DNA of 51,712 nucleotides from Scenedesmus sp. PABB004 (lineage: Eukaryota): the NCBI GenBank assembly GCA_014905635.1, contig JABVCE010000021.1, positions 682,001 through 733,712 on the forward strand, written 5' to 3'. A model generated the notes under the pieces. It did no database searches and was not told where the DNA came from. It worked only from the letters and a program-made list of their open reading frames with translations. Position numbers and translations under genes: made by a program. Shown here piece after piece: positions 10,591 through 24,106 of the stretch (positions are counted from its first letter, which is position 1; the number at the start of each line of letters is the position of its first letter).

Positions 10591-13500
10591 TCAGCTGCGC
10601 CCGCCGTCTGAGATGCCGGCGGGCGCCCGCGCCGCGGCGGCGCGCGCGGCGCGCGGCGCCTTGCTCGCGACCGCCCAGCTGCCCCTCAGCGCATGCACGG
10701 CCACGACCACGAGGTGCGCCAGCGCGACGAGTGGGCGGTGCTGGTTGGCCTGCAGCAGCGCGGGCGGGCAGGGGCCCCCGGGGGAGGGAGGGAGTGGGCC
10801 GGGCGATCGTGAGCGGGCGCTGTGCGGCGGGCGCAGCCGGGTGCCGGGCGGGCAGCCCGCAGGGTGCGGCGCGGTGGGGTGTGGCGCACCATGAACCTGA
10901 ACGCCGCCGGCAGCGCGGAGCCGAGGCCGATCTGGCCGACCGACCAGAGCGGCTGCGGGCTGTAGCTCCAGGGCGCGACGAGCACGCTCTTCTGGGGGTG
11001 GTCAAACAGGTACGTGTTGTGCCTGCGGGGGCGGGGCCAGGGGGCAGGAGCGCGGGCGCGCGCGCGTGTCCGGGCGGCCGCGAGGGGCACGCGCTCGCAT
11101 CGCGGGGCGCACGCGCACACAGCCCGGCGGCGCGGGGCGCCGCGGCCGCGCTCACACGAAGCCCGCGCCGCTGCCGATGTCGTGCGGCGTGTTGCCGGGG
11201 AACGCGCCCCACACGAGCGGGGTGGCGCTGAAGCCGACGAGCGAGGGGCAGTTGACGGTGATGCTGCCGTAGCGCAGCGCCGCCAGCGCGGCGTCGTACG
11301 CGCCCGCGTGCGCCGCCTTGGTGGCGGGGTGGATAAACACGCTGGGGGGGGGGGGGGCGCCGGCAGGCGGGCGGACGGGCGGGCGGGCGGGCGGGTGAGC
11401 GGGCACAGCACGCCGGCCGGCCGCCGCGCCACACGGCGCGCGCACGTGCGCGCGAGGCCGGGGCCGCGCGCCCGCCGGCCACACCTGGCCGACAGCGTGC
11501 CCCAGCAGCGGTCGTTGGCGTATGCGACCGCGGCCGCCAGGAAGTCGTCCGCGCCGGCACACCCCGGCAGCGCGACCTCCTGCAGCACGCCGCCCCAGTT
11601 CTCGTCCCGCGTCTGCGCGTCGTCCGGCGACAGCCCTGCGCGGCGCGGACCGGCGGGGGCTGGGCGGCGCCCCGGCAGGAGCGCGGCGCTGCGGCGACCC
11701 CGCGCCGGCGCCGGCGCCGGCGCGCCTGTCGCCAGCAGCCAGGGCTGGGGCTGGATGTGTCCCTCGGGCTGCCCCTCGCCCGGCACGGGCGCGCCGAGCG
11801 CCATCGCGGCCGGGAAGCGCGCGCGGAAGGCGGCCAGGCGCGCGGCGCTCCCCGGGTACCACGGCGCGCGGCACTGCAGCGCGTCGAGCGCGCGCGCGAG
11901 CGCCGCGAGGAACGCCGGCCGCAGCGGCCACGCGGCGTCGGTGATGACGATCTGCCGCGCCGCAGCGGGGCGGGGCGGGGAGGGGCGGGGAGGGGCGGGG
12001 GGGGGGGGGGGGGGGGCGGGCAGGGTAGGGCGGGGGCAGCCGTCGAAGCGGGCGGCGGCGCGCGCCCCGCGCGCCCCTGCGCGCGCGCGGCGCGCACCTC
12101 GGCGGCGATGCAGTTGTGCCCCGCGTTCTGCGCCAGCCCCGACGCCACGCTCGCGGCGTGGTGCTCGATGTCGGCGTCGCTCCAGGGCCCCGGGACCACG
12201 ATGTAGGGCGTCACGTTGCCCAGCTCAGCGGTCACCACCTTGAACAGGCGCGGCTCGCCGACCGGCTGCGCGCCGCGCCGTGCGCGGGGCGGGCGCGGGG
12301 CGCGCGCGGCCGGTCTGCTCGCGGCGCGCCGCGCGGCCGCGGGCGGGCGCGGGCGGGCGCTGCCGCCGCCGCCCCGCCACGCGACGCCCCGCCGCGCCGT
12401 GCTGCCGCCGCCGCGCGCGCACGTTTTGGCTTCCAAACACGATCGCGTTGTACGTGCGTTCGCTGCCGGTGAGGTGCACCGCGCTCACGAGGGCGTGGCC
12501 GGTCGCGTACGCGCCGATTTCGGCACCGCCGTACGCAAACTCCAGCCACCCGCCCGCGACGAGCGGCGCAAACGCCTGCGCGCGGCGCGCAGGGCGCGCG
12601 GCTCGCGCCGCGCGCGCGCGCGCGCGGCCGCCCCCCCCCCCCGCCCTGCCGCCCCCGCCTCCCACCGCGCCGCTGCCGCTGCCCCCGCGCTGCCTGGCGC
12701 CGTGCGTGCCTTTTTGAGCAGTGGCCCGTAGTAGTCGTTGACCGGGTTCATCTTCACCAGCACCACCGCGTCCTCCGCCAGCAGCATGTGCAGGATGTCC
12801 AGCGCGACCACGGGCAGCTGGTTGCCCGCGCCTGCGCGCGCGCGGCGGGCCGCGCCGTCGGCCGCGCACGCCGGCGCGCGCCGGCGGCGGCGGCGGCGGC
12901 GGCCCCGGGGGCGCACCCAGCACGAGCGCGACGCTGCCGGGGCCGGCGTCGCCGGCGGCCTTGCGTCGGTACAGGGCGCCCTGCGTGGGCTGCTGCCCCG
13001 GCGCCACCCAGATCTGGCCCACAAACCCAGGGAAGAACGCGGGGATCATGCCTCCCGGCCACACCTGCGGCGGGCGGCGCCGGGGCAGAGTCGGGGCGGA
13101 GTCAGGGTGCCGCGCCGCGCCGCGCCGCGCCGCGCCGCGCGCCGCACGCGGCACAGAGCCCTCGCCGCGCGCGCCGGCGCACCTGCGCGACCCACTGCCC
13201 GTCGGCGCGCTGCTCCAGGCGCAGCGGCGGCGCCGCGCCGCTCGCGAGCATGGCCTCGCGGTACTCCAGCAGTGCGCTCACGATCGGCAGCACCGTCGCC
13301 CTGCGGCGCGGCGCGGCGCGGCGCGTCCGACGAAGGGCACACACGGGGCCGGCCCCGCGCACGGCGCGGCGCGGCGGCGGGCTCACAGCTCGTCGCCGAC
13401 GCCGCCCTCGTACGAGCCTTTGGCGCGCGTGCCGGCGGCGGCCATCTGCGGCGCCAGGGCCATCACGCCCTTGAGGCAACGCCCGAGCAGCGCCGCGCGC

Positions 13501-13829
13501 GCGTGTGTGCCGAGCTCGACCCAGCTCGTCTTGGCCGCGTCGAGGCGCGCGAGCGCCGCGTCCACTTCGGCCGTGCTCGACGCCGGCAGCGGCTCGTGCG
13601 GCAGAGGCAGCACGGCACGCCGAGGGCGGACCTTGCCCGTCACGCCGCTGCGGTCGGCCACCTGCGGCGGGCGGGCGCGGGAGCACGGCAGCGGCGGGCG
13701 GTGGGCGGTGGGCGGCGGCGGCGACGGCACGGCGCTGCGGCTCGACGTGCGCAGCAGGCGTCGTGCCACCTTGAGTATGGGCTGCAGCGCGGTCCCAAAG
13801 GCATTCCAGAACGCCGCGTTGGGCGCCAT
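10591..13829 (-). CDS. NAD(P)-dependent aldehyde dehydrogenase family protein, multi-exon
   Basis: Motifs LVLGAGNQ, VLVKMNPVN, VHLTGS, catalytic Glu in AELGNVTP, catalytic Cys in NAGHNCIAAE, and LRYGSITVN. ATG at 13829; the last exon ends at TGA 10591. Confidence 0.9.
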
Positions 13830-14081
13830 GATGCCGCTGCTGCTGCCAGCTCCCCGCGCACAGGCGCCCTTCTTTCCGCCGCTGCGCGGTCGCGTTGGCG
13901 GGTGACCAAATGCAAGGTCAAACTCGCCCGACGTGGGCGCGCGCCAGGGACGACTCGCGCGCGCAGCAGCACCGTTCCGCGAGCGCGCGGGCGGGGCTGG
14001 CAGCGCGTGCGGACGCCCTGCTGGTGGTCGCGGAGAGTGGGGCGCTGCGTTCGCACCGCTTACCGCCGTCGCCGCACCGCG

Positions 14082-16526
14082 TCACGCCGCGACCTCAACC
14101 ACCGCCGTCGGGCGCAGCGCCGCAGCCGCCGGGCGGTCGGCCGGCCGGAGCGCGAGCGCGGCGCCGGCGGCGACCGCGAGCACGAGCACCGGCACGAGCC
14201 GCCGCAGCGCGCCCGGCGCCGCCGGCTCCTGGCTGTCCCACATGGCCGCCTCGAGCACGGCGAGCTGCGCGACGCGGCGCCGCAGTCGCAGGCCCGACGC
14301 CGGCGCGTCGGCCTCGCCACCGGGCTGGTCGCCGGCGTCCTCCTCGTCGTCGGCCGCCGCGACCTGCTCCTCGCTCAGCCGGCGCCGCAGGCGCGCCAGG
14401 TTGGACGTCGCGTCGCGGGCCGCCTGCCGACTGGCCGACCGCGGCGACTCGGCGCCGCCGGGCGCGGGGCTGGCGCGGCCCGCGGCGGCGCGCGCGGCGC
14501 GCGCAGCGCCGCGCAGCGCCCAGCGGACGGCTCCGGCCGCTGCCGCGGCGGCCGCCGCGAGGGCGGCGAGCAGCCTGAAGCTGCGCAGGGCGGCGGCGGC
14601 CTGGGCGTAGAGCCGCACGGCGCGCGAGTCAAACCACACGCCAAGGTCGGCGCACGCCGCGCCGGGCGGGGGCGGCCTGAAGCTGCCCAGCACCGCCTCT
14701 TGCAGCCACGCCTGGGCGAGCGCGTACAAGCCAGGCAGCAGGTCGGTCGGGTCTGGCGAGTGCGCCTGCGCACGACGGCGGCACACGGGCGGGCGCGCGA
14801 GCGTAGGGCGCGGCCCAGCGCGCCCCGGCGCCGCGCCGCGCGCCGCCCCCCCCCCCCCGGGCCCGAGCGCCCCCCACCAGCACAAAGGCCTGGACCTCGT
14901 CGGCCGCCTCGTCGCCGGCAGCGGGCGCGCCGCTCGCGGGCGCCGCGCCGCCGCCCGGCCGGCCTTGCAGGCCGAGCAGGCGCAGCGCCTCGCGCGGGTC
15001 GCCGAGCATCAGCGCGCAGCCGGCCAGGTCCACCGCCACGCTGACCTGCGCGCACGGGCGGGTCAGCCGGCCGCTCGGCGCGCCGGTCAGCCTGCAGCTG
15101 TGCAGCTGCAGCGCCGCAGGCTGCGCCGTGCCTGCTGCTGCGTGCCGGAGAGCGCGCGGCAGGCCTGCGCGGCCTGGAGCAGGAGGTGCGGCTGCCGCCG
15201 CTCGTACGCCAGCGCCACCGTGGCCAGCGCCAGGTCCAGTTTGCGCGCCGGCGACAGCGCGGCCGCCGCCGCCGGCGGGAGCGCCCTGTAAAGCGACAGC
15301 TGCGCCCCGCCGCGGCGGGCGGGCGGAGGCGGAGGGTGAGCGCGGGCCGCCGCGGTTGTGCGTCGCGGCAGCAGGCCGCGCCGCGCCGCGCCGCGCCGCG
15401 CGGGCTGCGCACGTGCTCCTGCGGCGTCACCGCGCCGCGCGCGGCGGCCAGGAACGACTCTCGCTCGCTGCCCAGCGGCGACAGGTGCGCGGGCAGCTCA
15501 AACGCGAGCCGCCGCAGCAGCGTGAAGCCGCGCTGCCGCGCCGCGGCCTGCTCCAGCGGCAGGGCCAGCAGCTCCAGGCAGTAGCGGGGGCTGAGGTCCT
15601 GCGGAGCGGCGCGGCACGCGCGTCGCCGCGTCAATGCACGCGGCGCGCGGGCGGGCGGCGCGCGGGCAGGCGGCGCGCGGGCAGGCGGGGCGCGGGCAGG
15701 CGGGGCGCGGGCAGGCGGCGCGCGGGCAGGCGGGGCGCGGGCAGGCGGGGCGGGGGCAGGCGGCGCGCCCCTGGCGCACCTCGAGCCCCTGCATGACCTG
15801 CTGCTGCAGCTGCGGCGCCATCTTGTGCGCGCGCAGCGTCGCCAGCGCCGCCTCGAGGTGGCGGCACGGGCCCAGCACGGCGCCCGCGTCGCGCGCCAGC
15901 GCCTCGGCCGCGCCGTCGCAGTGCGCGAGCGCCACGACCGCGGCCACGTCGCCGCACAGCGCGTCGCCGGCGCCGGCGTGCTCCGCGAGCCAACGGCTGC
16001 CCAGCTCCACCGCGAGCGCCCAGCCGCCGCCCTCCTGCAGCAGCACCAGCGCCGCCGGCAGCGCGGCGGGGCTGACGTCCACGGTGATGCCGCCCCCGCG
16101 CGACGCCATCGCCTCGTACCCGCGCGCCGCGCCGGCGTCGGACAGCGTGGCCGCCGCCGCGCGCAGCAGCACGGCGCGCGAGAAGAGCGTGTCCTGGCTG
16201 TACCCCACGTCCGGCGGCGTGGCCAGCGCGCGCTCGTACGCGGCGCGCACGGCGGCGGGGCTCGCGCCGCGCTGGACGCGCAGGGCGCGGTGGTAGTCCA
16301 GCGGCAGGCTCAGCGTCGCGCCGGTGGCCGGCGCGGCGGCGTCGCCGGCGCCGCCGGCGTCAGGGCTGGCCTGCAGGCTGCGAAGGAAGGCCTCCACACG
16401 CAGGCGCCGCGGCGGCAGCGGCGCCGGGCGCCGCCGTTGTGGAGGCGCGCCCGCCGCCGCTGCCCGGCGCCGGGGCGGCACGCCGGGCGCCGCGCGCCGG
16501 GCGTGGACCCCAGAAAGAGCGATCAT
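14082..16526 (-). CDS. ARC6: Chloroplast division protein ARC6/Ftn2
   Basis: Transit-peptide-like N-terminus, then J-like domain LPLDYHRALRV...VRAAYERAL..PPDVGYSQDTLFSRAVLLRAA..TLSD, ALVLLQEGG, DLSPRYCLELLALPL, DLLPGLYALAQAWL, and a C-terminal transmembrane helix. Confidence 0.85.
15646..15765. repeat. 15-bp minisatellite x8 filling most of an ARC6 intron
   Basis: Unit CGCGGGCAGGCGG(C/G)G at 15646, 15661 ... 15751. Confidence 0.9.
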
Positions 16527-17172
16527 CGCGCCCCGGCCCGCCGGCAGCGCTGCTGGCGGCCGGCGCGAGCGGCGGCGTTCAAGTCGGCGAGCGGGCGCCG
16601 CACGGTGCCCGGCGTGCGGGGGGCGGCGTTGCGCCACTCCGGTCAACGGTAGGGCGACGGCAGAGAGCGGAGAGTGGCGGCGGGGCTGAAGCACCGCGCT
16701 TGAGGCGGCGCGCTGCGCCGCGTCGCATTCGCGCCCCGCCGCCTGCCGCCATCGCTTCCAGTGCTGCCGTCAATATCAGCCGTGAGAAACCGCCCTGCCA
16801 TCACACGCGGCCGACGTAGGCGCTGCTGCACCGCCGCCCGCGCCCGTCGCGACCGGACCGCACCGGGCCGGGCGGGCGGCGGCGCCAGCCCACGCGGCAT
16901 ACCGCACCACACCACGCGCACTCCCGCCCCCGCCCCGCGACCGCCACCAGGCGCGCGCATCAGCTAAAGGCGCTCGCCGCCGCCTCCAGCGCCGGTCAGC
17001 ACCGCGCCGCTGCGCCGCGCACGCGCGTCCCCGCCCGCTCGCGTTGCGCCAGAGGGTGCCCGGAATCCATCCATCGGCCCTCGCAGCCGGGCTCGCTTGC
17101 CCTGCGGCACGGCGGTCGCGACGCGGCGCGGCGGTCCGTGCGCGCCCGCGTGCAGCAGCGCAGCGCGGCGCC

Positions 17173-18561
17173 ATGAGCTGGGGCAAGACCGACCAGGAGG
17201 CGCGCCTGGATGGCCTGTTCGGGGTCCTGGAGGCGGACTTTGGCAAGCTTGGACGAGCAAAGGACCCCGTGGTCACGGCGGCGCTGCTCAAGGAGGCGAC
17301 GCGCAAGCTCAAGGACGCCAAGGCGTGAGCGCCCCGCCCCGCGCAGGGCGGCCGCGCCGGCGGGGCCGGCGACGCTAGGAGGGAGCGGCTGCGGCGCCAC
17401 GCGACCCGGCCACGGCGCCGCCGCGCCGCGCCGCTGCCGCCGGCGCGCAGGCTGATCCACGAGTTTGAGCGTGAGGCGCGCACCGACGGCATGCCGCAGC
17501 GCGAGCTCGCGGACCGCAAGCGGCGGCTCGTCACGCAGCTGAACGCGTACATCGCGCAGAAGCGCCAGTTTGCGGCGACCGAGAACGGCCGCAGCGAGCT
17601 GCTCGCGGGCGCAGCCGCGCCGGGCGGCGGCGGCGGCGGCGGCGGCGCGGCGAGGCAGCCCTTCGAGGGTGCGCGCCGCGCGCGCTGCGCCGCCGCCGCG
17701 CTGCAGCGGCCGCGCGCAGGTGCGGGCGCCAACGCGGCGCCGCCCGCGCGCCGCCCGCCGGGCGCAGGCGTGACGATGCAGGAGCTGATGAAGGAGGGGC
17801 GGCGCGGCGTGCAGGAGATCGACGGCACGCTGAACCGCGCCGAGAGGGTGGTGGAGGACACGCTGCAGATCGGGCAGCAGGCGCGGCGGCGCGGCGCGGC
17901 GTGGCGCGGCGAGGCTGACCGTCGGCTCCCGCGGGCCGCTGCCGCGCGTGATCGCCGACTGCAGCGCCGACTGCGAGCCGCTGCCGCGCGCGCCCATTTG
18001 GCGTGCGGGTCTGCGGTCCTGCGAGCGAGGAGCCGCCCGCCGCGCGCCGTGCTCCGTGCGCCGCAGACGGCCGCGACGCTGCACGACCAGACGCAGCAGC
18101 TCAACAAGGTCGTGGACGACCTGAACGAGATCGAGTTCACCATGAAGAAGGCCTCCAAGATCATCGCAGACATCGGCAAGGGCATCATGACGGACAGGCG
18201 TGGCGCGGGCCGGCGCCGGCTGATCGCCTGGTCGGGGCGGGCCTGGCCGGGCTGGCGCCGGCGCGCGGCACCGCGCCGCCGACATGCAGCACCGTGGGTG
18301 CGGGCGCGGCGCAGGTGCATCATGTTCCTGCTCTTCCTCGTCGTGTGCGGCGTGATTGCGCTGGTCATCGTCAAGGTCATCAAGCCCAACCAGAAGGCCA
18401 TCTCCTCGGCGGCCGCCGACCTGGGCGTCAACCAGACGCAGCTGCTGCAGCAGGCCGGCAACGCGCTGTCGGGGGTGGTGAACGGCACGCTCGGCGGCGG
18501 CGCGCGCCGCCTGCTGGCCGACCCGCGCGCGTCGCACCCACGCGGCGGTCTCGGCGGCTGA
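17173..18561 (+). CDS. NPSN: Novel plant SNARE (Qb-SNARE)
   Basis: LKDAK|ALIHEFEREAR, RKRRLVTQLNAYI, SNARE motif VVEDTLQIGQQTAATLHDQTQQLNKVVDDLNEIEFTMKKA, TDRCIMFLLFLVV transmembrane helix, and luminal tail with RRLL as in plant NPSNs. Confidence 0.9.
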
Positions 18562-18819
18562 CGGCCGCCGTGGCAAGCCAGTGGCTTGGGGGGAGAAGTT
18601 CAGGCAGGCAGGACGAGGCTTGGAGCAGCGCGTGAGCAGCGCCGCAGCGGGCCTGAAGTGACCCGGCGCGTCGCGCCGCTGCCGCTGGGCTCTCCGCGCC
18701 CGCGCCGCGGCGGCACTGCCGGCGAGGCCTGGCATGGACTGGCCGACCTCCGCCACAGCTGCTCATGCACGCCTGCCAGCAGCCACAGCCGCGCGCGACC
18801 CCACAGCCGCAGCTCGGGG

Positions 18820-20571
18820 ATGGCGCTCGCCCGCGCGCGCCGCCCCCGGCAGCTGGCAGCCTTCGGCGACGCGCAGCGCAGTGGGCTGGAGGCGCTCCGC
18901 GCAGTGGCCGGGCGCTGCTGCCGGCCGGCGCGCCGGTGCGCGGCGGCGGCAGCGGCAGCAGCAGACGCCGCGGCGGCGCCGCCTCGCGTCGACTATGCGG
19001 CGCTGCTCTCGCGCCACGCGCGCCCTGGCGGGTGCCCTGCGCTGCTGCTGGCGCCCATGGAGAACCTGGCTGACCGGCCGGCGCGCGTGGCGCTGAAGCA
19101 GGCAGCGGGCGGCTTCGACGAGGCGTGCACCGGTGCGGCGCGCTCCGCCGCACCGCCGCAGTCGCCAGCTGCGCTGACGCCGCCGCCGCCGCCGCCGCCG
19201 ACGCCGTGGGGCCGCAGAGTTCATCCGCGTGCCGGGCGGCGGCGACCACGTCAACGTCGCCGCGAGCGCGCGCGGCATCACGGCCAGCTACGACGCGTGC
19301 GAGCTCGGCGACACGCCGCTCGCGGCGCAGCTGATGGGCAGCAACGTGGAGCTGCTCGCCGCGGCGGCGCAGCGCCTCGCGGCCAAGGGCGCGCCGCGCG
19401 TCGACCTCAACTGCGGCTGCCCCGCCAACGTCGTCACCGGCGGCGGCGCGGGCTCCAGGCGCGCGCGGCGCGGCGCGGCGGGGGCGCGGGGCGCGGCGGG
19501 GGCGCGGGGCGCGGCGGGGGCGCGCCGGGCGCGCGCCGTTGGCGGCCCAGAGCCGCGCGCGGGCCGCCCGACTGCCCCCGCGCAGCCTGCTGCGCGACCC
19601 GGAGTCGCTGCACCGCGTCGTGTCGGGCCTCGTCGCGGCGGTGCCGGGCGTGCCCGTGAGCGTCAAGATGCGCAGCGGCTTTGACGACACCGGGCTCTTT
19701 GCCGCCAACCTGGCCGCCGTGCAGGCCGCGGGCGCCGCGTTTGTGACGCTGCACCCGCGCACCAAGCGCCAGGCCTACTCTGGCCGCGCCGACTGGGCGC
19801 TCATAGCCGCCGCCAAGGCGCAGTTGCGCATCCCAGTGGTCAGCGCGCGGCCGGCGCCACGCCACGCGCGCGGAGGGCTCGCGCGCGCGGAGCGTCCGCG
19901 CTCAGCCCGGCCGCCGCCGCCGCCGCCGCCGCAGGTGGGCAACGGCGACGTCGTGAGCGTGGCCAGCGCGGTGGCGCTGCTGCAGGCGACCGGCTGCGAC
20001 GGCCTCATGATCGGGCGAGGGGCGCTGCAGGACCCGCTGCTGTTCCACCGCATCCGCGCGCGCTTTGCGGGGGCGGCCGCGCCGGCGCCCGCGCTCGCGG
20101 ACGGGGCGGCCGAGGTGCGCGCGGTGGAGGCGTTCCTCCGGGCCTACGCCTCGGCCGGCTTCGACGGCCGCCCCGGCGGCGCGGCGGCGCAGCTGGTGGG
20201 CGGCGCGGCGCGCGCGCGCGGGGCCGCGGACCAGCCGGCCGGTTGTCCGCGCCCTCGGCCGCGCTGCCGGCAGGCCGCGCGCGACGCCAGGCGCGCCGCG
20301 GCCGCAGAGCCAGACGGGCCGGCTGGGGCGGCTGAAGAAAGTGATGAAGTACGTCTTTGCGGGCCAGCCCGCGCTGCGGGACGCCTGCTGCCAGCTGCTG
20401 CGTGTGCAGCCGGGCGAGGTGTCGGCGGAGCAGCTGCTGGAGGCCATCGTGCACGAGGTGCGCTCCCACTGGCGCGCGGGCGGGCCGCCCGAGGCGGTGC
20501 TGTGCAACCACCTCACGATGCCGGGGCGGCCCAAGCGGGAGCAGATGTGGAGCGCGGCGGGCGCGGGCTGA
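18820..20571 (+). CDS. tRNA-dihydrouridine synthase (Dus family, bacterial-like, probably organellar)
   Basis: LAPME, AQLMGS, DLNCGCP, GAGSSLLRDP, VSVKMRSG, LHPRT..Y.G.ADW, GNGDV and GLMIGRGA motifs across spliced exons. Confidence 0.92.
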
Positions 20572-20756
20572 GCCGCGTGCGCCGTCTGCGGCCACCACGA
20601 CGAGCCTCGGCCTGCGCGCCGCGGCTGCGCGCCGCGCAGCGCAGCGCGCCTGCGGCGGGCGCCTGAGGCGCGCAGGGCGCCTTGGGTGGGCCCGGGACAC
20701 CGGATGGCCGCGCCGGCGCAGGGGAGCCGTGAGCGTCGCCCCGGGCGGCGGCCGGG

Positions 20757-21040
20757 CGCGTGACGTCCCGCCGCCCCGCCGCGGCAGAGGGCGGCGCCAC
20801 GCTGGGCTCGCTGAAGGCGCTGGTGTCGTGAGGCGGCGGCGTGGCGCGGCGCGGCGTGCGGGCGGCGCTGCGGCGCGACGATGAAGGGCGAGGCCTGTCG
20901 CCCCCCGCCCGCTGGCCTGCCGCGCGAGGTGGCAACCCGGCCGGCCGCGGCCTCGGCGCCCCAGCCATCACGCGGCGATCCCCAGACCACGCCGGCAGCC
21001 CCGCACCGCGCCCGCAGCGACCGGCCAGCGAGCACCGCGC
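20757..21040 (+). repeat. ~285-bp inverted repeat, left copy
   Basis: Near-identical to the reverse complement of 26154-26450, with a few SNPs and two short indels. Confidence 0.9.
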
Positions 21041-21286
21041 CCCGGGCCGGCCCCAGCACGCCCGCCTGAGCGCCGCGGCTGCTGTGAGCGCGCGTGCGAC
21101 GCGTCTGATTGCCCCTCGCACAGCGCCCAGCTCGGCGAGCTTGCCCCAGGGCGCCTGCTGCCGGTCGACCTGCGCTCCCCAAGCGCGGCGCGCGGCGCGC
21201 CGGGCATGGGGGCGCGCTTGCAGATGCGCTGATCAGTGGAGGCCGCAGCCGGCGAGCCCGGACGGCGGGCTGCGCCGCGTGGCAGG

Positions 21287-24073
21287 ATGGGGCCGGCCTC
21301 GGGGCAGTGGTGAGCCCTCAGGGCGCCGGGGCGCCGCGGCGCGCGCGGCCCAGAGCGCAGGCAGCGGCGGGCGGTCGTCTCGCGCGCGCGCACGGCCTGC
21401 GGGCGCGCCAGGGCGCACCGCACGCAGCGCTCGCCCCCGAGCACGCCCTCGCCGCGCCGCGCGCGGCCGCTGCGCAGGCTGAAGAGCCTGAGGGCGCACT
21501 TCACGAACAAGAAGCGCACGCAGGCGGAGGCCTCGTCGGCGACGCTGGAGGACGAGGACGAGGCGGGCGGCCTGGTCGCGCCCCCGGCCGAGGATGAGGA
21601 GTTCAACTCGCGCCCCAAGCGCCGCAGCATGTCCATCGACCTGGCCGGCGGCCGGCCGGACGGGCGGCTCGGCAGTGGCGCCGCCGGCGCCGGCGCCGCG
21701 CCCGACCGGCGCACGTCGCTGGAGCAGTGGCACGACGCGCGGCGCGCGCGGTGCGGCGCGGGGGCGACGGGGGGCGCGCGGCGCGCGCGGGGTGGCGCCG
21801 GCGGCGGCGGCGCGCTCGGCGCGGCCGCGCGCCCCGCTGACCTCGTCGCCCCGCTCGCGTCGCCCCGCAGCAACTCGATGGAGGGCCAGGGCACGACCAC
21901 GACCGACCGCCTCACCATCTGCAAGGTGCGCAGCCGGGCCGTGGGGCCGCCCTGCCGCGCGGCGCCTGAGCGCGCGCGCGCGCCCAAGCCCCTGCCGAGC
22001 TCGCGGCGCTCGCGCTGTGTGCGCCGCCGCGCGCGCGCAGGCGGGGACGACGACCATCCTGAACAAGACCTACATCACCATCAAGCACCTCGGCTCGGGC
22101 ACGTTTGGGCGCGTGATGCTGGCGTTCAACATCTACGACCAGCGCCTGTACGCGATCAAGGTCTGCCGCAAGAGCCAGTTTGTGCAGAGCGCGGCGCGCT
22201 ACGGCAGCCACGGCAGCCGGCTGCGCCGCGGCAGCGCGGGCAGCGCGTTGGCCGGGAGCTACTCCAACCTGCAGCAGCCCGGCGCCTGCCTCGCGGCGCG
22301 CGGGCGCGGCGGCGCGAGCTCGAGCCAGGGCGGGCCGCTGGCCAGCAGCGGCTGCGGCGCCGGCGGCAGCGGCGGTCTGCCCCACGTGGCGCACATCAGC
22401 GCCACGAGCACGGCCGCCGACATGGCGGGCGCCGCCGCCGCGGCCGTGGCGGGCGTCATGCTGGGCAGCGCCGGCGGCGGCTGCAGCTTCACGTTTGGCG
22501 GGCCCGGCCGCAGCGCCGGCTGGCCCGCGGGCGGCCTCGCGCCCCAGCCGGAGCAGGCGGCGGCGCTGCTGGAGGTGCCCGCGCTGGGCGGCACGGGCCT
22601 GCTGCCGCCGCCGCCGCCGCCGCGCGCGTCGCCGAGCGCGCTGCTGGAGCAGCAGCAGCAGCAGCAGCGCGCGCCGCGCGTGCACAGCTTTGGCGGCGGC
22701 GCGCCCGTGCCGCCGCCCGGCGGCGGCGCGCTGATGAGCAGCGGCAGCGCGGGCTGGGGCGGCGGCGGCATGCTCGGCACCGACTGCAGCACGGGCAGCA
22801 TGGGCGGGAGCGTGTTTGCCGAGGCGATGATGCGCTTCCAGACGGAGGAGCTGGTCAAGGAGATCGCCATACTCAAGAAGCTGCACCACCCAAACATCGT
22901 CAACCTGGTGCGCCGCGCACGCAAGCACGCGGCGGGGCGGCGCGCCGCCGGCGGCGCCGCGCTCCGCCCGCGCCGCGCCGCGCCGCGGCCCGCCTTGCCC
23001 GACGCCCCGCGGCACGCCCCGGCGCCCCGGCGCCAGGTGGAGGTGATCGACGACCCCAGCACCGACAGCCTGCTGCTGGTGATGGAGTACGTCGAGGGCG
23101 GCACGCTCGAGCCGCGCCAGCTCGGCCCCGCCGCGTGGGAGCCGCTGCCGGAGAAGGACACGTGGCGTTACGTGCGCGAGGTGCTGCAGGTGCGCGGCCC
23201 GAGGCGCGGCGCGGGCCGGGCGCAGGACGGCGCGGCGCCGCGAGGCGCGCGCGCCGCGCTCGCGTCCCTGCCGCCGACGCCGCCGACGCGTCCTCCGCCG
23301 CGTCGCTGTCGTCCCACGGCGTCAGGGCCTGGACTACCTGCACACCCACAAGGTCGTGCATGGCGACCTCAAGCCCGCCAACCTGCTGCGTGACAGCAAC
23401 AGCAGCAACGTGAAGATCGCCGACTTTGGCAGCAGCATCATGGCCGGCAGCGACAAGATCTTCAGCATGCGCAACTGCCCCGGCTTCAGCACGCCAGCGT
23501 TCAGGCGAGCAGCCGCGCGGCGCGGCGCGGCGCGGCGCGGCGCGGCGCGGCGCGGCGGGGCGCGCGCCGCAGAGCGGCGCTCTGGCGCGGCGGCGGCGCT
23601 GAGCGGGTGCGTGTATGTGCGTGGCGCGGCGCGCAGGTCGCCGGAGAGCCTGACGAGCGGGTACCAGCCGTCGTTTGAGATGGACATGTGGGCCCTGGGC
23701 GTGTGCGCGTACATGTGGGCATACGGCGCGCTGCCCTTCACCGGCGCGGCGCCGTTCATCATCTACGAGAAGATCCGCGGCCACGACGTCGCCCTGCCGC
23801 ACGCGCCAGACGTGCGCGCCGCGCCGCGCCGCACTGCTGGCGCCGCGCGGCGCCCTCGGCCCGCCGCGTCGTCCGACGCGCCCCGCGCCGCGCCCGTGGC
23901 ACGCGCCGCGCCGCGCCGCGCCGCCGCAGGTGTCGCCCGAGCTCGCCGACTTCATCTCTGCGCTGCTGGAGAAGGACGTGCTGCGCCGCCTCGACGTCGC
24001 GGGCGCGATGGCGCACCCCTGGGTCACGCTCGGCGGCTCCGCGCCGCTCGCGAGCGCGCGCGCCGCGGGCATG

Positions 24074-24106
<33 letters not shown>

